The notes under the pieces: generated by a model | Databases searched by the model: none | Told to the model about the DNA's origin: nothing | Seen by the model: the letters and a program-made list of their open reading frames with translations, nothing else | IMG/VR virus record: IMGVR_UViG_3300042321_002027 | Length of the DNA: 64,000 nucleotides | Direction: 5' to 3' (one strand) | DNA from: a virus | Made by a program: the position numbers and the translations under genes | Shown here: one piece after another, positions 29,464 through 38,144 of the stretch | Position numbering within the stretch: position 1 is the first letter of the stretch | Layout: every line of letters begins with the position of its first letter

Positions 29464-30110
29464 ATTGTATTTTCGCTATGGGGTTGTACAGATCGGGAAC
29501 TAATTTTTTACAACAGCTTCTTGACAAAAACTTTAAGTATAACTCTACAGTAATTGAAAAATATACTATAGAAGGTAAATTATACAAGCATTGTTTACAC
29601 GATAGTTGGTATAACAAGATGCCAAACGATGTTGTTCCGGTAATCATATATAAAGATCCATTTAAATGGATTGATAGTTTATACCGAAAGTCTTATGATT
29701 TAGAATTGTTTTATGACGTACATTATGAAACAGGGCATACAGAGATATATTTACCGTTTGAAGACCCTGATAATGAAGGGTATGTTGCAGAAGTTCGTTG
29801 CAGCGTAGAAAAACTTTGTAGACTGTACAATAGGTATTTTACATATTGGTCGAATAAAAATGTTGAAATGATTTCACATAAAAAAATAATTTGTGAAACT
29901 GAAAATTGTTTATCTTATTTTCAAAATAAATATTCCTTACAAAGGATAAATGAAAATTTTACCATGTTGAAAGTTGATGAAGTAGATGGATCAAGACCTT
30001 TTACTCAACAGGTAAAATTGTACTATGATACTAATGAAATTGAAAATTTAAACGATGTTCAAATTAAAACAATAAAATCAACTATTGATGTAATATTAAA
30101 GGAGTTTTAA
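29460..30110 (+). CDS. sulfotransferase-like protein
   Basis: 5'-PSB-like GLYRSGTNFL and 3'-PB-like IYKDPFKWIDS motifs; ATGA overlap at 29460 preferred over the TTG at 29448. Confidence 0.7.
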   Translation: MNCIFAMGLYRSGTNFLQQLLDKNFKYNSTVIEKYTIEGKLYKHCLHDSWYNKMPNDVVPVIIYKDPFKWIDSLYRKSYDLELFYDVHYETGHTEIYLPFEDPDNEGYVAEVRCSVEKLCRLYNRYFTYWSNKNVEMISHKKIICETENCLSYFQNKYSLQRINENFTMLKVDEVDGSRPFTQQVKLYYDTNEIENLNDVQIKTIKSTIDVILKEF

Positions 30111-30111
30111 A

Positions 30112-30426
30112 ATGGCCGGAGGAGGCGGAGGTGGAGGCAGAGGAGGATTAACCAATTCTGCAGGAGGACCTGGGGCGTCTCCAGCAGCAGGTGCTGGAAC
30201 ATTTGCAGGCGCTGGCACTGGATCACCGCAGCCTGGAGTTCCAGGTAATGGTGGAAATGGAGGAAATTGGGGTGCAAATGGAAGCAGCGGAACCGCAACC
30301 AGTCCTCCAGGACCAGCACCAGCTGCTACAGGTCCTGGAGGATCTGGTGGAACTTCTGGTAATGCAATTTCAAATTCCGCAGGTATAACTTTTACATATT
30401 CTGGGGCAGGTAGTAGGTTCGCATAA
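30112..30426 (+). CDS. gp38-like glycine-rich adhesin, C-terminal half
   Basis: GGGGGGGRGG...GGNGGNWG...GGSGGTSGNAI...GSRFA matches the C-terminal half of gp38-type adhesins; own AAGGAG SD 7 nt upstream. Confidence 0.7.
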   Translation: MAGGGGGGGRGGLTNSAGGPGASPAAGAGTFAGAGTGSPQPGVPGNGGNGGNWGANGSSGTATSPPGPAPAATGPGGSGGTSGNAISNSAGITFTYSGAGSRFA

Positions 30427-31431
30427 ATGTTTGACAGAGAATGGGCGTTTAAAAATGGTGATGATATTTCACCAAGAAAGTTACCATATTTTTATACAGA
30501 TCCTGTAACTAATACAGTTATAGAAATGACAAATTGTAACTATGATACTAAAAAAAACCTTGGTTGGTATCAAATTGAATTTAAAAATAATTACGAAAAT
30601 AGACCTAACACTCATTGGGAAAGCGTTGGAACATTATACTATAACAAATTAAATGACTCTGTAGAATGCCATTCTTTTGTCTTGAAAGATGGTTGGAGAA
30701 ATATATTATATCAAGAAATTGAAACATTAATACTAAGTTATCTAGGCGAGCCAACAGAAAAAATTACGAATTTACTATCAAAAATAAATTTGTATTTTAT
30801 GAATGAGAAATATGACAATTACCAGCTAGTAGAATATTATAAGATATTTAAAAATTCTGCTTATGACATAGCCATATTCGTTGATAATGTTAACGAATAT
30901 GAAATAGATGGTATTACTGCTTTTGAATTATTGTTTTATGCAGAACCTAATTTTAGACAACAACCTATATTGATGAATTACATTAAGCAAAATTTAAACG
31001 ATTTTGCTGGTAAAAACATAATTTCTTTAGGTTTAACTTCTAGTTTAACAGCTGCATATTTTAATAAAAATAATTTTAGTAGTAAAGCTCTAGATAACAT
31101 TTTCTACCATTCAACGAAATTTAAAAAGTTTCATGTCAATTTAAATTGCGTTTTAACAGCAATAAACAACGATTTGTATTTTGATGTGCTAACAAAGGAT
31201 AATTTTGACGATATTGACGGGGATGTTTTCATATTCGCTAATCCATTTTACGATACAGAATCTGCAGCCATCAATTTACAGTACATGCAAACATTAAAAC
31301 AAAAAGGCAAAAGAACTATTATTCTTTCGCCTTCATTGTGGAACGGAAATAATGAATTTATTACGTTTCCTAAAGAAAATTTACAAGAGCTTTATACAGA
31401 AAATGGAATTACTTTATTTACTCTCAAGTAA
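30427..31431 (+). CDS. hypothetical protein with possible degenerate class I SAM-methyltransferase C-terminal domain
   Basis: NYIKQN...FAGKNIISLG and DVFIFANPFYD resemble motif I and motif IV of protein methyltransferases; the glycine loop is degenerate; AT-rich. Confidence 0.4.
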   Translation: MFDREWAFKNGDDISPRKLPYFYTDPVTNTVIEMTNCNYDTKKNLGWYQIEFKNNYENRPNTHWESVGTLYYNKLNDSVECHSFVLKDGWRNILYQEIETLILSYLGEPTEKITNLLSKINLYFMNEKYDNYQLVEYYKIFKNSAYDIAIFVDNVNEYEIDGITAFELLFYAEPNFRQQPILMNYIKQNLNDFAGKNIISLGLTSSLTAAYFNKNNFSSKALDNIFYHSTKFKKFHVNLNCVLTAINNDLYFDVLTKDNFDDIDGDVFIFANPFYDTESAAINLQYMQTLKQKGKRTIILSPSLWNGNNEFITFPKENLQELYTENGITLFTLK

Positions 31432-32629
31432 AATGTGGTCCGTGAATCCAACCAACTAAAGATTTTCTGACACCTTTTGTAACAGGGGTTACTTCGTGTT
31501 CTGTATAGGCGGGAAAAAACGCAATTAATCCTTTTTTCTTAGGCATGGCTTCTGCACCTCTACTAGACCAAATTAATAGATCTCCGCCTTCATATTCGCT
31601 AGGATCAGAGAGAAGCAAGCTGAAAGAAAGCTTTCTTGTTTTGTGTATCACTCCGTCCGTATGTTTGGTGTATTTGCCAGGAGTTTTATCATCAGCATGA
31701 TATTCAATATATGTCAAGTGTTCTATTTTATCTAAATTAAATTTGTAGTTTTCTAAATTTTGTTTTGCGACTTCTTTTTCAATTAACTTATATAACCATT
31801 CGAAATTTTTAGGATCGATACCAGCAACATATGCGTTTCTTATGTCTTTGTTTATTGATTCCCCTTTGCCGCCGTAACCTATGGTAGCTTGTTCTAGTTC
31901 ATTTTTACCACCTTCGACAATTAAATCAATTAAACCGCTAGACAAAAATTTTTCTTCGTAAACCCAAAGATGTTTTTCTTCTTGTTTATTACCAAAATAC
32001 CAAAATCTATCGTCATATTCTTTTCTTGGTTTTTGAGCTTGTAAAATTGGTTCTTGTTTTGTTGTTTTTAAAGATTTTCTTCCATCATACTCTAAATCTT
32101 TATACTTACCATTAGCATCAACATAATGTAAGAAAACCTGGCACTGCCAATTTCCTTCCTTGTATGGTTGTCTCCAATGATTGATTTCCATACCTCTATA
32201 GATAAGAGCATCACCCAATTCGACTCTATATTCTCTAGGATTATCCTTTGAATCAGTAGATTCTGACAGCCATATTGGCCATAAGTTACCATCGAATCCT
32301 AGCGTAATCGTTGCGCTAATTTCGCATTCTCTTCTGTCGGTGTGAGGTTTTAATTTTTCTCCAGGCTTATAAAAACGAGCGTAAGAGTAAGTAGGATTTA
32401 ACTTCAACCCTGTTGATTCTTCCATTGCTGGCTTTAAATCTTCTAACAAAGTGTCAAACACCGAATCCCCATAAATAGAGGGCGATAAAGGACACTGATG
32501 GTCTCCTTCTTTTAAATCTTTTGATATTTTGATAAGATGTTCAGATAACATTGAACAAGTTTTATCATCAAGAATTTTGGTGATATGGACATACTTGTTG
32601 TTTTTGAAGTATTCTTGTGGCGTGCTCAT
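31424..32629 (-). CDS. tandem two-domain 2OG-Fe(II) oxygenase (prolyl-hydroxylase/PKHD-like)
   Basis: Domain 1: PTYSYAR...PHTDR...HWR...QVFLHYV. Domain 2: KHTDG..RKLS.S..LSDPSEYEGG...HEVTPVTKGVRKSLVGW. AGGAGAG SD on the minus strand. Confidence 0.88.
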   Translation of the reverse strand: MSTPQEYFKNNKYVHITKILDDKTCSMLSEHLIKISKDLKEGDHQCPLSPSIYGDSVFDTLLEDLKPAMEESTGLKLNPTYSYARFYKPGEKLKPHTDRRECEISATITLGFDGNLWPIWLSESTDSKDNPREYRVELGDALIYRGMEINHWRQPYKEGNWQCQVFLHYVDANGKYKDLEYDGRKSLKTTKQEPILQAQKPRKEYDDRFWYFGNKQEEKHLWVYEEKFLSSGLIDLIVEGGKNELEQATIGYGGKGESINKDIRNAYVAGIDPKNFEWLYKLIEKEVAKQNLENYKFNLDKIEHLTYIEYHADDKTPGKYTKHTDGVIHKTRKLSFSLLLSDPSEYEGGDLLIWSSRGAEAMPKKKGLIAFFPAYTEHEVTPVTKGVRKSLVGWIHGPHFT

Positions 32630-32646
32630 CTCGCTCTCCTATGATA

Positions 32647-32654
32647 TATAAATA
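32647..32654 (+). promoter_or_regulatory. T4-type late promoter TATAAATA
   Basis: Exact consensus upstream of 32689. Confidence 0.8.
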
Positions 32655-32688
32655 TTAAAAACTAATTTGAGTTTCCGAAAGGTGTTTT

Positions 32689-34557
32689 ATGTCAGAACTA
32701 CGAGTTTCAACTTTGAATGTTACAGGTAATTTATCTGCTAACACTATTTATGATCCTGATTATGCAAAGAGCATAAACTCTACTAGCGTAGGTATAGATC
32801 CTGGTTCTTATATTGGGTTTACTAGTAACGTTGCTTCTATTAAGTCTGGTTCGATTACTTTAAAAACACCAGTTGCATTTTCGAATTTAACTGTCAATAG
32901 TGTATCCGTAACAAAAATTTACTCAGAAACAGTAAACGCGCAAATATTTACTGCCAATGGAACTTGGTCAAAACCAACTTGGGCTAACACAGGCAACGAG
33001 CTTGTTATGGTTCAAATGTGGGGTGGTGGTGGTTCAGGCAGTCACGATCCTGGAGCAACTGCTGCTGGTGGAGGAGGCGGTGCTTATGTGCAAGGGTATT
33101 TCAAAGCAATTCAGTGTAATTCTGTTTGTAACGTTGTTGTTGGAGTAGGTGGAGCAGTACCTGCCGACGAAAATCCAGGAAACAATGGTGGAAACTCTAT
33201 TTTTTATGCTAATACCACAATCAGTTTAGTTGCTTACGGTGGAGCTGGTGGGTTTGCTAACACTACTGCCACAGGCGGTGGTGCTGGTGGCGGTTGGTTG
33301 GGCGTTGGAACATCTACGGGTGTTGCAGCTACTGGTGGTGCACCACTAGGAGGAACCATAAGTGCGACAGAATCTACAAGAACTTCTACATTTGGTGGTG
33401 GAGCCGGATCAAACTCTTCTACGGGCGGTATCGGCGGATCTTCAGTTTATGGCGGGGGTGGCGGGGGTTACCAAACATCTGCTGGGGGTTCTTCTATTTT
33501 TGGTGGTGGTGGTGGCACTTTTGTCGCTGCTGCAGGATCTTCAGTTTATGGTGGTCGCGGAGCAAACAGCACTCTAACAGTTGCTGGGATTCCTGGTGGT
33601 GGTGGAACTATTACTGGTGCTGGCGCTCGTGGCGAAGTCAGAGTATACACATTTAGATATCTAGATGAAGTTCAAACAAGATACGTTCTTACTACTCCTG
33701 GAGAAACAGCAGTAAAAGTTCCTGCAGGATACACAACAGCCACAATTAAACTTTGGGGTGGTGGTGGAGGCGGAGGCGCTTCTTGGTCTGGTTTAGGTGG
33801 TATTGGTGGTGCTGGAGGATTTGTAAAAGGCACAGTTTCAGTTACTGCTGGTGAAACATTGTTTGCATTTACTGCTGAAGGCGGAGAAGGTGGACTTACT
33901 GCACCAAACGGTGGTGGTTCAGGTGGATCTTGGTCTGGTGTTTTCAGAGGTTCAACTCCGTTACTTATAGCTGGCGGTGGTGGCGGCGGAGGTGGTGGTC
34001 GTGATGCTACATACGCTGGCGGTTCTGGTGGAGGTGGTGGTGGAACCACAGGTCTATCAGGCGGCGGAGGTACTGCTCTAGGTGGTGGCGGCGGATCTCA
34101 AGTTGCTGGGGGTGCCGGGCGCGAGGGTGATAGTGCTACTGCATCATCTGGTGGTTATCTTTTTGGTGGCGATGCTGTCAACGCAAGTAGAGCAGCTGCT
34201 CTAAATGGTTCCGATGGTATTATAACAGCTACTTCAGGATTATCTGGTAGAGGTGGTTATGAAAGTGGACGTGGCTCCGGTGGTGGCGGTGGTGCTGGTT
34301 ATTACGGAGGCGGCGGTGGTGCTCGAGGCGGTAACGGTAACGATGACTCTGGTGGTGGAGGAGGTGGCGGTTCAAGTTACGTTACTGGCGCAACATCCGT
34401 AACAAACACACAAGGTTCGTCTGGATCTACTACTGCTCCTGGAAATGCTGATGCTGATTATAGAAGCGGTGTTGCTGCTGGTGGTAATAGAGGCGCAGTT
34501 TCTGGAGATTCAGGATCTTACGGTGGTAATGGATTGGTAGTTATAGAGTTTGCATAA
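32689..34557 (+). CDS. glycine-rich tail/adhesin protein with two Gly-rich domains
   Basis: IFTANGTWSKP...MWGGGGSG...GARGEVRV domain followed by a VPAG....IKLWGGGGGG...GGNGLVVI domain. Confidence 0.75.
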   Translation: MSELRVSTLNVTGNLSANTIYDPDYAKSINSTSVGIDPGSYIGFTSNVASIKSGSITLKTPVAFSNLTVNSVSVTKIYSETVNAQIFTANGTWSKPTWANTGNELVMVQMWGGGGSGSHDPGATAAGGGGGAYVQGYFKAIQCNSVCNVVVGVGGAVPADENPGNNGGNSIFYANTTISLVAYGGAGGFANTTATGGGAGGGWLGVGTSTGVAATGGAPLGGTISATESTRTSTFGGGAGSNSSTGGIGGSSVYGGGGGGYQTSAGGSSIFGGGGGTFVAAAGSSVYGGRGANSTLTVAGIPGGGGTITGAGARGEVRVYTFRYLDEVQTRYVLTTPGETAVKVPAGYTTATIKLWGGGGGGGASWSGLGGIGGAGGFVKGTVSVTAGETLFAFTAEGGEGGLTAPNGGGSGGSWSGVFRGSTPLLIAGGGGGGGGGRDATYAGGSGGGGGGTTGLSGGGGTALGGGGGSQVAGGAGREGDSATASSGGYLFGGDAVNASRAAALNGSDGIITATSGLSGRGGYESGRGSGGGGGAGYYGGGGGARGGNGNDDSGGGGGGGSSYVTGATSVTNTQGSSGSTTAPGNADADYRSGVAAGGNRGAVSGDSGSYGGNGLVVIEFA

Positions 34558-34566
34558 GGGTTAAAC

Positions 34567-35556
34567 ATGTCACAAGTAAATACTGCTAAATTATCGACAG
34601 ATAGTGTAATTATTGCTGGTAACTTAATTATTACCAGTGCTACAAGTAATTTGACTATTCAGGCTAACACAACAACTATGATAGTTGGTAATAGCACAGC
34701 AAATGTTACAATAAACACAACTGCTATCAGTTTAGGAAATTCTACTTCTAATACAACAATTAATACTACTGCGTTTTCAACCTCTAATTTGACTTATGGT
34801 GGCGTAACATATGATCGCATATCAAACAGTTCAAATATATCAAACGCACAAATATTTACTGCAAATGGAACTTGGTCAAAACCATCTTGGGTTACTAATA
34901 ATGATTTAGTGACAATCATGCTTTGGGGCGGCGGAGGTGGTGGCACTGGAAACTCTACAGGTTTCTCTTTAGGTGGTGGTGGTGGTGCGTGTGTTATAGT
35001 TAATAAGTTAGCAGGTGAATGCAACTCTGTCTGTAACGTAGTAGTTGCAACAGGTGGAGTAGGAAATACAACTACCGCAACAACGACTGCTGGAGGAAAT
35101 TCTATATTTTATCCAAACAGCACAGTGTCTGCGGCGATCACCGCATACGGTGGAGCTGCTGCTAATGGAACTACTAATTGGGCTGGTGGAGGCGGAGGAG
35201 GATGGTTCTCATCTGGCTCTACTTTTACTGGAGGCAGTCCTTTGGGTGGTGCAAATTCAGTGGCCAGCACTTTTGGTGGTGGGGGTGGTGGAAATAGCAC
35301 CAGTGTTGCTGGTGGTGCATCAGTTTATGGAGGCGGAGGTGGCGCCTCTCCTGCTGGCGGCGGAAATACTATTTACGGCGGCGCAGGAGGCGGTAGTGGA
35401 ATTTCTATATTTGGCGGTAACGGGGGAATCGTACTAAGCACTACACTATTAAGGGATGGATATGTTCCGGCGGGTGGTGGTGGAGCGAATACTACTAACG
35501 GTGGTAATGGTGGTCGCGGCGAAGTTCGTGTGTTTATAACAAAGACAGCAGGTTAA
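34567..35556 (+). CDS. glycine-rich tail/adhesin protein (paralogue of 32689)
   Basis: Shares NAQIFTANGTWSKP, CNSVCNVVV and RGEVRV. Confidence 0.75.
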   Translation: MSQVNTAKLSTDSVIIAGNLIITSATSNLTIQANTTTMIVGNSTANVTINTTAISLGNSTSNTTINTTAFSTSNLTYGGVTYDRISNSSNISNAQIFTANGTWSKPSWVTNNDLVTIMLWGGGGGGTGNSTGFSLGGGGGACVIVNKLAGECNSVCNVVVATGGVGNTTTATTTAGGNSIFYPNSTVSAAITAYGGAAANGTTNWAGGGGGGWFSSGSTFTGGSPLGGANSVASTFGGGGGGNSTSVAGGASVYGGGGGASPAGGGNTIYGGAGGGSGISIFGGNGGIVLSTTLLRDGYVPAGGGGANTTNGGNGGRGEVRVFITKTAG

Positions 35557-35557
35557 A

Positions 35558-37081
35558 ATGTCAACATTAAATGTAGCTAATGCAACAGTAACAGATACAG
35601 GTTTATCTGGTAGCGTTATTGTAAAATCTTTAAACGTATTAAACAATGCAATTATTTTAGGCAATTCCTCAGTAAATAGCTCTGTAATTACTGTCGGTAA
35701 TGTAGTAGCTAATTCTTCTGGATTAAATACTCCATTATTGGTTGTTGGTGGTCAACCCTTTAATGGATTTTATGGCGGCATCCTTGATTATCAAGAATTT
35801 TCTCTTAGTGGTACATGGAATAACCCATATTATGCATCGGCTGGTTTAACTTACACATATTATACACAAGGAACAAGTACAAACCCAACGACTGAAGCTG
35901 GATTAGATGCGTTATTCAACACTGTAACAGTCAGTCCAACAGTAACTTTCGGTGGTTCCGGAACACATTCTACTACCATAAATTGGGCAGATGTAGCTAC
36001 TACTGGAGCTGGAGGTGCTACAGGATCTAAACCTGCATATCTTCCGGCTGGTCAATTTTCTTGGATGGTAGAAGGATATATACTTGCTCCCGAAACTGGT
36101 ACATACTTTTTTGGTTGTGATGGCGACGATGCTATGGACGTTTTTGTAAATGGCGTTAATGTTGCTAATTTTTATGGTGGTCATGGTTTTGCAGCTTCAT
36201 GGACGGCTGGCGTAGGACAAGTTTCTGGCTCAATAAGTTTAACAGCTGGACAATACTACACGTTTAGAGCAAGAATGCAAGAAGGTGGAGGTGGTGATGG
36301 ATTTCAGGTCGGTTGGAGAAAACCAAGCGATGGTTCTATTGCATTAATCCCTTCTAGTGTATTTTTTAAAAGCACAACTGGAGCTCCAGCAGGATTAACA
36401 GGAACAGAGCAAGTAATAGTTTATGCTATCTCTGGTGGCGGTGGTGGTTCTTCTAACAACAGTGTTTCAATTGGCGGCGGTGGCGGTGGTGCTGGTATTA
36501 TAACATATGAATTGTCAGATTTAGGATCAACTGTTGCAGTAACTGTTGGTACAGGAGGAAGTGCTTCTAGAACAACAACAACAGCCACAGGCACTGCTGG
36601 TAGCGGATCAAATTCTTCTTTCGGATCTTTTACTGTTTGTGGTGGTGCGGGTGCATCTCCAACTACTGGAGGCGGTGGTGGTGGAACATTCAGTAATGGA
36701 GCTACTACTGGAGCAGGTGGAACTCCATTGGGTGGTGCTACAGGAGCTCCTGGAGGCGCATCAACTTACGGAGGTGGTGGAGGTGGTAATGCATCTGGTG
36801 CTGCTGGTGGATCAAGTATATTTGGAGGCGGTGGTGGCGCAAGAAATGCTAACTCTGGCGGTAATTCAATATACGGCGGTGGTGGTGGCGCTGCTGCAAA
36901 CTCCAACCAAACAATGGTTGGTGGAACTTCTGCATTTGCAGGTTCTGGCGGTGCTGCTAACACTTCGGGCGCATACGCTGGAATTATCCCAGGAGGAGGT
37001 GGTGGAGCATCTAACACTGCAGCAAACACAGGTGCGCGAGGTGAAGTTCGCGTATGGGTAATAGGATTACAAGGAACATGA
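35558..37081 (+). CDS. glycine-rich tail/adhesin protein with inserted PA14-like domain
   Basis: FSWMVEGYILAPETGTYFF..DGDDA...L.AG.YY.F..R.QE.GGGD = PA14/GLEYA-like; ends in GARGEVRVW. Confidence 0.78.
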   Translation: MSTLNVANATVTDTGLSGSVIVKSLNVLNNAIILGNSSVNSSVITVGNVVANSSGLNTPLLVVGGQPFNGFYGGILDYQEFSLSGTWNNPYYASAGLTYTYYTQGTSTNPTTEAGLDALFNTVTVSPTVTFGGSGTHSTTINWADVATTGAGGATGSKPAYLPAGQFSWMVEGYILAPETGTYFFGCDGDDAMDVFVNGVNVANFYGGHGFAASWTAGVGQVSGSISLTAGQYYTFRARMQEGGGGDGFQVGWRKPSDGSIALIPSSVFFKSTTGAPAGLTGTEQVIVYAISGGGGGSSNNSVSIGGGGGGAGIITYELSDLGSTVAVTVGTGGSASRTTTTATGTAGSGSNSSFGSFTVCGGAGASPTTGGGGGGTFSNGATTGAGGTPLGGATGAPGGASTYGGGGGGNASGAAGGSSIFGGGGGARNANSGGNSIYGGGGGAAANSNQTMVGGTSAFAGSGGAANTSGAYAGIIPGGGGGASNTAANTGARGEVRVWVIGLQGT

Positions 37082-37857
37082 TAACCAAGCAACAATTAAA
37101 ACAAATAGCACCAAACTCAAAGGACGAGATTATTGATCCTTTGGTTAAGTATCTAAACATTCATATGCCAAAATATGAAGTAAACACATACCTGCGTGTA
37201 TGTCATTTTCTTTCACAAGCTGCTCACGAATCTGCATCTTTCCGCACTCTCGAAGAATATGCTTCAGGTGCAGCATATGAAGGAAGAGTAAAGTCTCTTG
37301 GAAATACTCAGAAAGGCGACGGCATTCGTTACAAGGGTCGTGGTATTTTCCAGCTTACAGGCAGAGCAAACTACCGCACTATCGGTGCTAAGATTGGATA
37401 TGACTTAGAAAACAATCCTGAGCTTGCTGAGTCTCCAGAGGTTTCTGTTTTAACTGCTCTTGAATATTGGCAGTCAAGAAAGCTTAATGCTCTTGCCGAC
37501 GCTGATAATGTTGAGCTTATTACTCGTCGTATTAACGGTGGTCTAAACGGTTTCGACGACCGCAAAAAATACTTGGCTAGATCTAAACAAGTTATACCTA
37601 AAAATTTCAGCTTTGTTCCGCCTCCTGCACCACCAACAGATCCTATTGTGCCACCTATCGTGGTTGCTAAAGTTGGTGATAACTCTCCTTACGTTGCTGA
37701 CCTTCAAAATATGTTAATTAGGAAGGGCGCTAAAATAACTGCTGATGGAGCGTTTGGTCCTAAAACAGAACAAGCAGTTAAAGAATTTCAACAAAAAAAC
37801 GGTTTAACAGTAACAGGTTCTATCAATACTGATACTTTAAACAAACTAATGGTGTAA
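37078..37857 (+). CDS. endolysin: GH19 domain plus C-terminal peptidoglycan-binding domain
   Basis: HFLSQAAHES, YKGRGIFQLTGRANY, ITRRINGGLNG; V..LQ..L...G...ADG.FGPKT..AV..FQ..NGL; start at the ATGA overlap 37078. Confidence 0.92.
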   Translation: MITKQQLKQIAPNSKDEIIDPLVKYLNIHMPKYEVNTYLRVCHFLSQAAHESASFRTLEEYASGAAYEGRVKSLGNTQKGDGIRYKGRGIFQLTGRANYRTIGAKIGYDLENNPELAESPEVSVLTALEYWQSRKLNALADADNVELITRRINGGLNGFDDRKKYLARSKQVIPKNFSFVPPPAPPTDPIVPPIVVAKVGDNSPYVADLQNMLIRKGAKITADGAFGPKTEQAVKEFQQKNGLTVTGSINTDTLNKLMV

Positions 37858-37859
37858 AC

Positions 37860-38144
37860 ATGGAAGAAAGCTGGATTAAACAATATTGGAGACCTGCAAT
37901 TGCATGGCAGTATCTTGCTGTCTGTGTATTTGACTTCATAATTTTCCCTGCTGCATACATGTATTTCTCACAACAACAATGGAATCCTATCACGCTGAAA
38001 GAGGGCGGCTTCTATCATTTGGCTATGGCAGCTATCATTGGTGTTGCAGCATGGACACGCGGGCAAGAAAAGATTACAAGAATAATGAATGTTGAAGAAA
38101 TAGAAAAAACAAATACAACTCAAACACCAACAGGTAAAAAATAA
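37860..38144 (+). CDS. holin-like membrane protein
   Basis: WRPAIAW plus two hydrophobic segments and AWTRGQEK; next to the endolysin. Confidence 0.65.
   Translation: MEESWIKQYWRPAIAWQYLAVCVFDFIIFPAAYMYFSQQQWNPITLKEGGFYHLAMAAIIGVAAWTRGQEKITRIMNVEEIEKTNTTQTPTGKK

Noticed and set aside
28900-30111. Group I/II intron interrupting the adhesin
   Set aside because: No recognisable intron core or non-coding structured flanks; the interval is fully coding and the downstream half has its own SD and ATG. RT-PCR would be needed to exclude it fully.
6352-37095. Many minus-strand and alternative-frame ORFs within fibre and Gly-rich genes (e.g. 21858-22433, 23905-24393, 25402-25959, 33672-34049, 36546-37061)
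   Set aside because: They are shadows of low-complexity Gly/Ala/Thr/Asn codons, with no SD or family motifs, and lie almost entirely inside well-supported genes.
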